A DNA stretch of 64,000 nt from Ylistrum balloti (lineage: Eukaryota). The number at the start of each line of letters is the position of its first letter. Positions within the stretch are counted from its first letter, which is position 1. Position numbers and translations under genes: made by a program. Positions 13,566-25,195 of this stretch are shown one piece after another. The notes under the pieces are model-generated. The model was not told the origin of the DNA. It ran no database searches and was given only the letters and a program-made list of their open reading frames with translations. The stretch covers positions 124,001-188,000 of the forward strand of contig NW_026782331.1 in NCBI RefSeq assembly GCF_031769215.1. The letters are read 5' to 3'.

Positions 13566-15314
13566 TCACAAAGAAACGATAAAAAGCGAAGGGAAATATA
13601 AAAGCCTTGAATGCCAAAATTGAAGATGGATTATGTAGAATATTCCGTCTAGAAAACAATATACATTACCTAAAAATCATCATTTCATGAATTGATATCT
13701 TTCTATAACGGGTAACTTTGAGATGTCTTTAACATAACGTCGTCTTATTTGTTTTATTTTTCAGTCTGTTAGTACCGAGAACAAAAGATCGCATGTGGGG
13801 AATCCCTTTTGCCTGATTTTGCATATTTCTACTTACATACACGCTCTCTGGTACTGAGTCCCTCTCTTCCTTGCAGAAACATCGATGCACAAGTCAAAAC
13901 ATTCAGATAAACAAATTGATGAAATGCTGTTTAATGCTTGTACTTTAATCATCATTAATTTCCAATTCCCGACATCAAATTTATAGCACAGAATAGAACA
14001 TACATTTCAGTTTTGAAGTAATTCAGTTCATAGTACTGGGTATAATGTAATTATCAACAGTTTTCATATCTACAATACATGATCATTCTTTTCTTTATTT
14101 TCTTCACTTTAGAATTTTCGATAGAATATATATATATATAGGGAACATTTGAAAGATGAATTTATATTGTTACTACACTCTTGTTTTTAAGACATCGAAC
14201 AATCATGTTTTAATAATGTTTATAGTATATTCGAAACTTTAAGAATGGTTAATGTTCACATGAGAATATTTTATTTTCAGAGAAATATGCGTATTCATAT
14301 CGAGGTACTCAGGTGTTTCTTTTTTTTATTATTATTTTTATTGTCTATGTTTTATGCTTATTTCGACACGATAAAAAGATTTTTTAAGTATCATGGAGTT
14401 ACCTCCCTTTACATATTACAGGAAATATGGTATCTGGAAACGTTCAATCAACATTTTTCCTGAAATTATAGTTCATGTTTGAGTTATACAGGTATAGTTG
14501 ATTAGTTATGAAAGCAAATCCTTACATGTATACATATCTATAAGCAACATACAATTACATTAACAGTAGAGAATTAAAAATTGGGTAAACTAAAAATTTA
14601 CCCGGATTTTTCACACAACTGCCATGGTTACCAACCAGAAAAAAACGTTAAATTGCAAAAAATACTACTAATTCCAAACTAATATTACCACTTTAAAGGA
14701 GGAATTTATTTCTGAATACTTGTCTTATAGTTAACAACACTGTCATGGTGACAAATTACTTAGGTTTCAGAAATGTCCAACTCGGAACGCATTTACAACA
14801 TGACCACGTATAGACACTAGGGAAATTTCGCTTCCTGTAAAGCTAGTCTTTGGTGTGTAGACGTAGATTAGAGACAGCCAAAATAGTAATCTCCGACACA
14901 ATGCAAAAAATATTGTTTTTAAAAAGTATGCAACCCCACAATGTCCAATTTAATATGACAACACCAATTTTAGCATAGACATTTTATTTATTTTCTTATT
15001 AAAACCGTTATAGTGGTGTAATCTAATGAACAAAAATAGCACCCATGGCCGCACCGAAAAACTGTGCACTATTACCTTACTACATTCGTGTGTGCTTGAA
15101 ATTTTCGTCAATTATATGAAATACAGTGAAAATATGCGTATTAGTGAACCTTAAGAATGGCTATTGTTCACATGAAATTATTTTTAGATTCGAATAAGGG
15201 ACAATTTTCAGAGAAATATGCGTATACATATGGATTTACCCAGGTTTTTTTTTATTAATTGCATAATTATTTTTTATTGTCTATATTTTTATGCGTATTT
15301 CGAGGTACTATGTG

Positions 15315-15372
15315 CTTTTTTGGGAAAATGTTAGCCCTAAAAAGGGCTGTTTGTGTGGCCCTAGAAAGGGCC
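15315..15372 (-). terminator. Histone-type 3' end signal, copy 1: stem-loop 1 (15372-15357), stem-loop 2 (15348-15333), purine-rich element AAAAAAG (15321-15315)
   Basis: Sense strand: TGA-19 nt ending AAAC-GGCCCT TTCT AGGGCC-ACACAAAC-AGCCCT TTTT AGGGCT-AACATTTTCCC-AAAAAAGCAC. This matches the 6-bp stem/4-nt loop GGYYCT-YYYN-AGRRCC histone consensus with its AAAC/ACA flanks. Confidence 0.8.
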
Positions 15373-15391
15373 GTTTAAGGTGGAGATATAA

Positions 15392-15949
15392 TCAGAGTAC
15401 AAGGTACTCTATATCCGAGATGAACTCCGGTGGAACTGTGAACTCTGTGGCAAAGACGTGAGGGCCGATGTTGTAGAGCCGGAAGCCAGCATTGAGGAAC
15501 CTTCTAACGTCAATATGGACCAGCACTTCCGCACCAGCTCTGACGTAGTTGGGACAGTCGGTGAAATCGACATACGGGCAGCGGTTGCGGTCCAGTCCAT
15601 ACCTGAGGACAGACTCTATATCTCTGGCTTTCATCCCGTGGACAAAGAACGTGAGATTCTCGCCAGAACGGACAGGAATGCCAATCTTTGGTAACCGGAT
15701 GTTGACGCTGTGTCCGTAGGAGGCTCGTATCCATTTGTGGTTGTCGGAGTACACCAATCGCTGTTTGTCGTTGGTAGGGAACACCAATTCATCCAACATG
15801 GCCTTGGACAGCCGGAAGTCACGTAAAATGTGACTGGTTGGGACAAACGCGGTCTCGTCGTCACGCCAGGCGTTTCGGTCATGTCGTAGACGTTTGACAA
15901 CAGCTTTGCTCTTCTTGGTCGACATCTTTCTGCTCAGTCGGGAATCCAT
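15392..15949 (-). CDS. Tpt1/KptA-family RNA 2'-phosphotransferase-like protein, copy 1 (185 aa from the MDSRL start)
   Basis: Motifs in the correct order and spacing: SKAVVKRLRH (SKxxSxxLRH), NDKQR, IRASYGHS (IRAxQ/YGHS), FVHG, GL..R..YV.F, LVHID, VPPEFI. Intronless. Start inferred from the TATA position and the aacATG context. Confidence 0.88.
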   Translation of the reverse strand: MDSRLSRKMSTKKSKAVVKRLRHDRNAWRDDETAFVPTSHILRDFRLSKAMLDELVFPTNDKQRLVYSDNHKWIRASYGHSVNIRLPKIGIPVRSGENLTFFVHGMKARDIESVLRYGLDRNRCPYVDFTDCPNYVRAGAEVLVHIDVRRFLNAGFRLYNIGPHVFATEFTVPPEFISDIEYLVL

Positions 15950-15981
15950 GTTGAATGTAAAGTTGGTGATTTTCGCTTCGA

Positions 15982-16054
15982 TTTTATAGCCATAATCACT
16001 GGAAATGAAAAGAAGGAAAGGCGTGGTCATGTGATGAAATCGAGATTTGATTGG
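15982..16054 (-). promoter_or_regulatory. TATA box (TATAAAA, 15988-15982) and CCAAT box (AGCCAATCA, core 16054-16050) of the Tpt1-like gene; repeated in every unit (CCAAT lost in copy 9)
   Basis: The minus strand reads cgctcAGCCAATCAaatc...ggcTATAAAAtcg, then 32 nt, then ATG. Confidence 0.7.
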
Positions 16055-17644
16055 CTGAGCGTTTTTACCACCTGAATCTAATTGTTAGTTTTCTACATTT
16101 GTACACACGCACACACGGTGGTATTGAGTTTCTCCCTTGTACAAACACACGGTAATTTACCTAAACGGGTCCTTTGATTACACCACCTGCGCAAACATCG
16201 CTGTCTCCAGGTATTGATATAGTACAATGTATACATGTATGTATCGATAGTGTAACTACCCCCGGGCCTTGATGGCTTCACTTGCACTAACACATCTTAG
16301 TCCAGCGTCCTTTAATTATGTTAATGGTTATTCACATCAAAGCAACATCAATGAATCATTAACGTCGGACGGTGACGTGTCGAGAAATCTGACAAAACAA
16401 TTCATGAAAGAAGGTTTAATTCTTTTATTTTCATTGTTATCAATTTTCAATTCTCGGCATGAATTCGTAGCACAGAATAGAACATACATTTCAATTTTGA
16501 ACTAATTCAGTTCATAGTACTGCGTATAATGTAATTATCAACAATTTTCATATCTACAATACATGTACATTGTTTTAAACATCCGTACACATGATATAAA
16601 TGAGCTCTACAACAGTAAGCAGAAATGTATATCGGTTGTAAGAAACGTCATGTACGGCTCAGTATACATCTAATGGTCCAAATTTGTACGTCATTTTTAG
16701 TATCATGGAGTTACCTCCCTTCGCATATTACAGAAACTATGGTGACTGGAAACGGTAAATTAGCATCTTTCCTGAAATTATAGTTCATGTTTGAGTTATA
16801 CAGGTATAGTTGATTAGTTATGAAAGCAAATCCTTACATGTATACATATCTATAAGCAACATACAATTACATTAACAGTAGAGAATTAAAAATTGGGTAA
16901 ACTAAAAATTTCCCCTGATTTTTTACACAACTGCCATGGTTACCAACCCGAAAAAAACGTTAAATTGCAAAAAATACTACTAATTCCAAACTAATATTAC
17001 CACTTTAAAGGAGGAATTTATTTCTGAATACTTGTCTTATAGTTAACAACACTGTCATGGTGACAAATTACTTAGGTTTCAGAAATGTCCAACTCGGAAC
17101 GCATTTACAACATGACCACGTATAGACACTAGTGAAATTTCGCTTCCTGTAAAGCTAGTCTTTGGTGTGTAGACGTAGATTAGAGACAGCCAAAATAGTA
17201 ATCTCCGACACAATGCAAAAAATATTGTTTTTAAAAATTATGCAACCCCGCAATGTCCAATTTAATATGACAACACCAATTTTAGCATAGACATTTTATT
17301 TATTTTCTAATTAACACCGTTATATTGGTGTAATCTAATGAACAAAAATAGCACCCATGGCCGCACCGAAAAACTGTGCACTATTACCTTACTACATTCG
17401 TGTGTGCTTGAAATTTTCGTCAATTATATGAAATACAGTGAAAATATGCGTATTAGTGAACCTTAAGAATGGCTATTGTTCACATGAAATTATTTTTAGA
17501 TTCGAATAAGGGACAATTTTCAGAGAAATATGCGTATACATATGGATTTACCCAGGTTTTTTTTTATTAATTGCATAATTATTTTTTATTGTCTATATTT
17601 TTATGCGTATTTCGAGGTACTATGTGCTTTTTTGGGAAAATGTT

Positions 17645-17684
17645 AGCCCTAAAAAGGGCTGTTTGTGTGGCCCTAGAAAGGGCC
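17645..17684 (-). terminator. Double histone-type stem-loop, copy 2
   Basis: Same sequence as copy 1. Confidence 0.8.
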
Positions 17685-17703
17685 GTTTAAGGTGGAGATA
17701 TAA

Positions 17704-18261
17704 TCAGAGTACAAGGTACTCTATATCCGAGATGAACTCCGGTGGAACTGTGAACTCTGTGGCAAAGACGTGAGGGCCGATGTTGTAGAGCCGGAAGCCA
17801 GCATTGAGGAACCTTCTAACGTCAATATGGACCAGCACTTCCGCACCAGCTCTGACGTAGTTGGGACAGTCGGTGAAATCGACATACGGGCAGCGGTTGC
17901 GGTCCAGTCCATACCTGAGGACAGACTCTATATCTCTGGCTTTCATCCCGTGGACAAAGAACGTGAGATTCTCGCCAGAACGGACAGGAATGCCAATCTT
18001 TGGTAACCGGATGTTGACGCTGTGTCCGTAGGAGGCTCGTATCCATTTGTGGTTGTCGGAGTACACCAATCGCTGTTTGTCGTTGGTAGGGAACACCAAT
18101 TCATCCAACATGGCCTTGGACAGCCGGAAGTCACGTAAAATGTGACTGGTTGGGACAAACGCGGTCTCGTCGTCACGCCAGGCGTTTCGGTCATGTCGTA
18201 GACGTTTGACAACAGCTTTGCTCTTCTTGGTCGACATCTTTCTGCTCAGTCGGGAATCCAT
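17704..18261 (-). CDS. Tpt1/KptA-like protein, copy 2
   Basis: Protein identical to copy 1. Confidence 0.88.
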   Translation of the reverse strand: MDSRLSRKMSTKKSKAVVKRLRHDRNAWRDDETAFVPTSHILRDFRLSKAMLDELVFPTNDKQRLVYSDNHKWIRASYGHSVNIRLPKIGIPVRSGENLTFFVHGMKARDIESVLRYGLDRNRCPYVDFTDCPNYVRAGAEVLVHIDVRRFLNAGFRLYNIGPHVFATEFTVPPEFISDIEYLVL

Positions 18262-19956
18262 GTTGAATGTAAAGTTGGTGATTTTCGCTTCGATTTTATA
18301 GCCATAATCACTGGAAATGAAAAGAAGGAAAGGCGTGGTCATGTGATGAAATCGAGATTTGATTGGCTGAGCGTTTTTACCACCTGAATCTAATTGTTAG
18401 TTTTCTACATTTGTACACACGCACACACGGTGGTATTGAGTTTCTCCCTTGTACAAACACACGGTAATTTACCTAAACGGGTCCTTTGATTACACCACCT
18501 GCGCAAACATCGCTGTCTCCAGGTATTGATATAGTACAATGTATACATGTATGTATCGATAGTGTAACTACCCCCGGGCCTTGATGGCTTCACTTGCACT
18601 AACACATCTTAGTCCAGCGTCCTTTAATTATGTTAATGGTTATTCACATCAAAGCAACATCAATGAATCATTAACGTCGGACGGTGACGTGTCGAGAAAT
18701 CTGACAAAACAATTCATGAAAGAAGGTTTAATTCTTTTATTTTCATTGTTATCAATTTTCAATTCTCGGCATAAATTCGTAGCACAGAATAGAACATACA
18801 TTTCAATTTTGAACTAATTCAGTTCATAGTACTGGGTATAATGTAATTATCAACAATTTTCATATCTACAATACATGTACATTGTTTTAAACATCCGTAC
18901 ACATGATATAAATGAGCTCTACAACAGTAAGCAGAAATGTATATCGGTTGTAAGAAACGTCATGTACGGCTCAGTATACATCTAATGGTCCAAATTTGTA
19001 CGTCATTTTTAGTATCATGGAGTTACCTCCCTTCGCATATTACAGAAACTATGGTGACTGGAAACGGTAAATTAGCATCTTTCCTGAAATTATAGTTCAT
19101 GTTTGAGTTATACAGGTATAGTTGATTAGTTATGAAAGCAAATCCTTACATGTATACATATCTATAAGCAACATACAATTACATTAACAGTAGAGAATTA
19201 AAAATTGGGTAAACTAAAAATTTCCCCTGATTTTTTACACAACTGCCATGGTTACCAACCCGAAAAAAACGTTAAATTGCAAAAAATACTACTAATTCCA
19301 AACTAATATTACCACTTTAAAGGAGGAATTTATTTCTGAATACTTGTCTTATAGTTAACAACACTGTCATGGTGACAAATTACTTAGGTTTCAGAAATGT
19401 CCAACTCGGAACGCATTTACAACATGACCACGTATAGACACTAGTGAAATTTCGCTTCCTGTAAAGCTAGTCTTTGGTGTGTAGACGTAGATTAGAGACA
19501 GCCAAAATAGTAATCTCCGACACAATGCAAAAAATATTGTTTTTAAAAATTATGCAACCCCGCAATGTCCAATTTAATATGACAACACCAATTTTAGCAT
19601 AGACATTTTATTTATTTTCTAATTAACACCGTTATATTGGTGTAATCTAATGAACAAAAATAGCACCCATGGCCGCACCGAAAAACTGTGCACTATTACC
19701 TTACTACATTCGTGTGTGCTTGAAATTTTCGTCAATTATATGAAATACAGTGAAAATATGCGTATTAGTGAACCTTAAGAATGGCTATTGTTCACATGAA
19801 ATTATTTTTAGATTCGAATAAGGGACAATTTTCAGAGAAATATGCGTATACATATGGATTTACCCAGCTTTTTTTTTATTAATTGCATAATTATTTTTTA
19901 TTGTCTATATTTTTATGCGTATTTCGAGGTACTATGTGCTTTTTTGGGAAAATGTT

Positions 19957-19996
19957 AGCCCTAAAAAGGGCTGTTTGTGTGGCCCTAGAAAGGGCC
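19957..19996 (-). terminator. Double histone-type stem-loop, copy 3
   Basis: Same sequence as copy 1; the shifted stop lies 2 nt before SL1. Confidence 0.8.
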
Positions 19997-19998
19997 GT

Positions 19999-20571
19999 TT
20001 AAGGTGGAGATATAATCAGAGTACAAGGTACTCTATCCGAGATGAACTCCGGTGGAACTGTGAACTCTGTGGCAAAGACGTGAGGGCCGATGTTGTAGAG
20101 CCGGAAGCCAGCATTGAGGAACCTTCTAACGTCAATATGGACCAGCACTTCCGCACCAGCTCTGACGTAGTTGGGACAGTCGGTGAAATCGACATACGGG
20201 CAGCGGTTGCGGTCCAGTCCATACCTGAGGACAGACTCTATATCTCTGGCTTTCATCCCGTGGACAAAGAACGTGAGATTCTCGCCAGAACGGACAGGAA
20301 TGCCAATCTTTGGTAACCGGATGTTGACGCTGTGTCCGTAGGAGGCTCGTATCCATTTGTGGTTGTCGGAGTACACCAATCGCTGTTTGTCGTTGGTAGG
20401 GAACACCAATTCATCCAACATGGCCTTGGACAGCCGGAAGTGACGTAAAATGTGACTGGTTGGGACAAACGCGGTCTCGTCGTCACGCCAGGCGTTTCGG
20501 TCATGTCGTAGACGTTTGACAACAGCTTTGCTCTTCTTGGTCGACATCTTTCTGCTCAGTCGGGAATCCAT
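19999..20571 (-). CDS. Tpt1/KptA-like protein, copy 3, with frameshifted C-terminus (SDRVPCTLIISPP)
   Basis: 2-nt deletion (ctctatatccga to ctctatccga) near 20035; D44H relative to copy 1. Confidence 0.8.
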   Translation of the reverse strand: MDSRLSRKMSTKKSKAVVKRLRHDRNAWRDDETAFVPTSHILRHFRLSKAMLDELVFPTNDKQRLVYSDNHKWIRASYGHSVNIRLPKIGIPVRSGENLTFFVHGMKARDIESVLRYGLDRNRCPYVDFTDCPNYVRAGAEVLVHIDVRRFLNAGFRLYNIGPHVFATEFTVPPEFISDRVPCTLIISPP

Positions 20572-22266
20572 GTTGAATGTAAAGTTGGTGATTTTCGCTT
20601 CGATTTTATAGCCATAATCACTGGAAATGAAAAGAAGGAAAGGCGTGGTCATGTGATGAAATCGAGATTTGATTGGCTGAGCGTTTTTACCACCCGAATC
20701 TAATTGTTAGTTTTCTACATTTGTACACACGCACACACGATGGTATTGAGTTCCTCCCTTGTACAAACACACGGTAATTTACCTAAACGGGTCCTTTGAT
20801 TACACCACCTGCGCAAACATCGCTGTCTCCAGGTATTGATATAGTACAATGTATACATGTATGTATCGATAGTGTAACTACCCCCGGGCCTTGATGGCTT
20901 CACTTGCACTAACACATCTTAGTCCAGCGTCCTTTAATTATGTTAATGGTTATTCACATCAAAGCAACATCAATGAATCATTAACGTCGGACGGTGACGT
21001 GTCGAGAAATCTGACAAAACAATTCATGAAAGAAGGTTTAATTCTTTTATTTTCATTGTTATCAATTTTCAATTCTCGGCATAAATTCGTAGCACAGAAT
21101 AGAACATACATTTCAATTTTGAACTAATTCAGTTCATAGTACTGGGTATAATGTAATTATCAACAATTTTCATATCTACAATACATGTACATTGTTTTAA
21201 ACATCCGTACACATGATATAAATGAGCTCTACAACAGTAAGCAGAAATGTATATTGGTTGTAAGAAACGTCATGTACGGCTCAGTATACACCCAATAGTC
21301 CAAATTTGTACGTCATTTTTAGTATCATGGAGTTACCTCCCTTCGCATATTACAGAAACTATGGTATCTGGAAACGTTCAATCAACATTTTTCCTGATAT
21401 TATAGTTCATGTTTGAGCTATACAGGTATATTTGATTAGTTATGAAAGTAAATCCTTACATGTATACATATCTATAAGCAACATACAATTACATTAACAG
21501 TAGAGAATTAAAAATTGGGTAAACTAAAAATTTCCCCTGATTTTTTACACAACTGCCATGGTTACCAACCCGAAAAAAACGTTAAATTGCAAAAAATACT
21601 ACTAATTCCAAACTAATATTACCACTTTAAAGGAGGAATTTATTTCTGAATACTTGTCTTATAGTTAACAACACTGTCATGGTGACAAATTACTTAGGTT
21701 TCAGAAATGTCCAACTCGGAACGCATTTACAACATGACCACGTATAGACACTAGTGAAATTTCGCTTCCTGTAAAGCTAGTCTTTGGTGTGTAGACGTAG
21801 ATTAGAGACAGCCAAAATAGTAATCTCCGACACAATGCAAAAAATATTGTTTTTAAAAATTATGCAACCCCACAATGTCCAATTTAATATGACAACACCA
21901 ATTTTAGCATAGACATTTTATTTATTTTCTAATTAACACCGTTATATTGGTGTAATCTAATGAACAAAAATAGCACCCATGGCCGCACCGAAAAACTGTG
22001 CACTATTACCTTACTACATTCGTGTGTCCTTGAAATTTTCGTCAATTATATGAAATACAGTGTAAATATGCGTATTAGTGAACCTTAAGAATGGCTATTG
22101 TTCACATGAAATTATTTTTAGATTCGAATAAGGGACAATTTTCAGAGAAATATGCGTATACATATGGAGGTACTCAGCTTTTTCTTTTATTAATTTCCTA
22201 ATGGTTTTTATTGTCTATATTTTTATGCGTATTTCGAGGTACTATGTGCTTTTTTGGGAAAATGTT

Positions 22267-22306
22267 AGCCCTAAAAAGGGCTGTTTGTGTGGCCCTAGAA
22301 AGGGCC
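22267..22306 (-). terminator. Double histone-type stem-loop, copy 4
   Basis: Same sequence as copy 1. Confidence 0.8.
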
Positions 22307-22325
22307 GTTTAAGGTGGAGATATAA

Positions 22326-22883
22326 TCAGAGTACAAGGTACTCTATATCCGAGATGAACTCCGGTGGAACTGTGAACTCTGTGGCAAAGACGTGAGGGCC
22401 GATGTTGTAGAGCCGGAAGCCAGCATTGAGGAACCTTCTAACGTCAATATGGACCAGCACTTCCGCACCAGCTCTGACGTAGTTGGGACAGTCGGTGAAA
22501 TCGACATACGGGCAGCGATTGCGGTCCAGTCCATACCTGAGGACAGACTCTATATCTCTGGCTTTCATCCCGTGGACAAAGAACGTGAGATTCTCGCCAG
22601 AACGGACAGGAATGCCAATCTTTGGTAACCGGATGTTGACGCTGTGTCCGTAGGAGGCTCGTATCCATTTGTGGTTGTCGGAGTACACCAATCGCTGTTT
22701 GTCGTTGGTAGGGAACACCAATTCATCCAACATGGCCTTGGACAGCCGGAAGTGACGTAAAATGTGACTGGTTGGGACAAACGCGGTCTCGTCGTCACGC
22801 CAGGCGTTTCGGTCATGTCGTAGACGTTTGACAACAGCTTTGCTCTTCTTGGTCGACATCTTTCTGCTCAGTCGGGAATCCAT
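22326..22883 (-). CDS. Tpt1/KptA-like protein, copy 4
   Basis: Intact; D44H. Confidence 0.88.
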   Translation of the reverse strand: MDSRLSRKMSTKKSKAVVKRLRHDRNAWRDDETAFVPTSHILRHFRLSKAMLDELVFPTNDKQRLVYSDNHKWIRASYGHSVNIRLPKIGIPVRSGENLTFFVHGMKARDIESVLRYGLDRNRCPYVDFTDCPNYVRAGAEVLVHIDVRRFLNAGFRLYNIGPHVFATEFTVPPEFISDIEYLVL

Positions 22884-24578
22884 GTTGAATGTAAAGTTGG
22901 TGATTTTCGCTTCGATTTTATAGCCATAATCACTGGAAATGAAAAGAAGGAAAGGCGTGGTCATGTGATGAAATCGAGATTTGATTGGCTGAGCGTTTTT
23001 ACCACCCGAATCTAATTGTTAGTTTTCTACATTTGTACACACGCACACACGGTGGTATTGAGGTCCTCCCTTGTACAAACACACGGTAATTTACCTAAAC
23101 GGGTCCTTTGATTACACCACCTGCGCAAACATCGCTGTCTCCAGGTATTGATATAGTACAATGTATACATGTATGTATCGATAGTGTAACTACCCCCGGG
23201 CCTTGATGGCTTCACTTGCACTAACACATCTTAGTCCAGCGTCCTTTAATTATGTTAATGGTTATTCACATCAAAGCAACATCAATGAATCATTAACGTC
23301 GGACGGTGACGTGTCGAGAAATCTGACAAAACAATTCATGAAAGAAGGTTTAATTCTTTTATTTTCATTGTTATCAATTTTCAATTCTCGGCATAAATTC
23401 GTAGCACAGAATAGAACATACATTTCAATTTTGAACTAATTCAGTTCATAGTACTGGGTATAATGTAATTATCAACAATTTTCATATCTACAATACATGT
23501 ACATTGTTTTAAACATCCGTACACATGATATAAATGAGCTCTACAACAGTAAGCAGAAATGTATATTGGTTGTAAGAAACGTCATGTACGGCTCAGTATA
23601 CACCCAATAGTCCAAATTTGTACGTCATTTTTAGTATCATGGAGTTACCTCCCTTCGCATATTACAGAAACTATGGTAACTGAAAACGGTAAATTAGCAT
23701 CTTTCCTGAAATTATAGTTCATGTTTGAGTTATACAGGTATAGTTGATTAGTTATGAAAGTACATCCTTACATGTATACATATCTATAAGCAACATACAA
23801 TTACATTAACAGTAGAGAATTAAAAATTGGGTAAACTAAAAATTTCCCCTGATTTTTTACACAACTGCCATGGTTACCAACCCGAAAAAAACGTTAAATT
23901 GCAAAAAATACTACTAATTCCAAACTAATATTACCACTTTAAAGGAGGAATTTATTTCTGAATACTTGTCTTATAGTTAACAACACTGTCATGGTGACAA
24001 ATTACTTAGGTTTCAGAAATGTCCAACTCGGAACGCATTTACAACATGACCACGTATAGACACTAGTGAAATTTCGCTTCCTGTAAAGCTAGTCTTTGGT
24101 GTGTAGACGTAGATTAGAGACAGCCAAAATAGTAATCTCCGACACAATGCAAAAAATATTGTTTTTAAAAAGTATGCAACCCCACAATGTCCAATTTAAT
24201 ATGACAACACCAATTTTAGCATAGACATTTTATTTATTTTCTAATTAAAACCGTTATATTGGTGTAATCTAATGAACAAAAATAGCACCCATGGCCGCAC
24301 CGAAAAACTGTGCACTATTACCTTACTACATTCGTGTGTGCTTGAAATTTTCGTCAATTATATGAAAAACAGTGAAAATATGCGTATTAGTGAACCTTAA
24401 GAATGGCTATTGTTCACATGAAATTATTTTTAGATTCGAATAAGGGACAATTTTCAGAGAAATATGCGTATACATATGGAGGTACTCAGCTTTTTCTTTT
24501 ATTAATTTCCTAATGGTTTTTATTGTCTATATTTTTATGCGTATTTCGAGGTACTATGTGCTTTTTTGGGAAAATGTT

Positions 24579-24618
24579 AGCCCTAAAAAGGGCTGTTTGT
24601 GTGGCCCTAGAAAGGGCC
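24579..24618 (-). terminator. Double histone-type stem-loop, copy 5
   Basis: Same sequence as copy 1. Confidence 0.8.
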
Positions 24619-24637
24619 GTTTAAGGTGGAGATATAA

Positions 24638-25195
24638 TCAGAGTACAAGGTACTCTATATCCGAGATGAACTCCGGTGGAACTGTGAACTCTGTGGCAAA
24701 GACGTGAGGGCCGATGTTGTAGAGCCGGAAGCCAGCATTGAGGAACCTTCTAACGTCAATATGGACCAGCACTTCCGCACCAGCTCTGACGTAGTTGGGA
24801 CAGTCGGTGAAATCGACATACGGGCAGCGATTGCGGTCCAGTCCATACCTGAGGACAGACTCTATATCTCTGGCTTTCATCCCGTGGACAAAGAACGTGA
24901 GATTCTCGCCAGAACGGACAGGAATGCCAATCTTTGGTAACCGGATGTTGACGCTGTGTCCGTAGGAGGCTCGTATCCATTTGTGGTTGTCGGAGTACAC
25001 CAATCGCTGTTTGTCGTTGGTAGGGAACACCAATTCATCCAACATGGCCTTGGACAGCCGGAAGTGACGTAAAATGTGACTGGTTGGGACAAACGCGGTC
25101 TCGTCGTCACGCCAGGCGTTTCGGTCATGTCGTAGACGTTTGACAACAGCTTTGCTCTTCTTGGTCGACATCTTTCTGCTCAGTCGGGAATCCAT
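24638..25195 (-). CDS. Tpt1/KptA-like protein, copy 5
   Basis: Intact; D44H. Confidence 0.88.
   Translation of the reverse strand: MDSRLSRKMSTKKSKAVVKRLRHDRNAWRDDETAFVPTSHILRHFRLSKAMLDELVFPTNDKQRLVYSDNHKWIRASYGHSVNIRLPKIGIPVRSGENLTFFVHGMKARDIESVLRYGLDRNRCPYVDFTDCPNYVRAGAEVLVHIDVRRFLNAGFRLYNIGPHVFATEFTVPPEFISDIEYLVL

Noticed and set aside
15357-15372. Hairpins as bacterial intrinsic terminators indicating prokaryotic contamination
   Set aside because: There is no U-tract immediately after the stems. The geometry and flanks match the histone consensus, and the array is contiguous with spliced eukaryotic genes.
15950-16030. 27-aa N-terminal extension MTTPFLLF... as a signal or targeting peptide
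   Set aside because: It contains the TATA box and accumulates changes in copy 10; better explained as promoter sequence.
15409-16505. Recurrent short ORFs in each array unit (MRADVVEP..., MDWTA..., MDTSLL..., MSNVYD..., MLVQVK..., MMASLAL..., MVFIVY...)
   Set aside because: They are antisense or alternate-frame shadows of the Tpt1-like gene, or spacer ORFs with no motifs. They recur only because the unit is duplicated.
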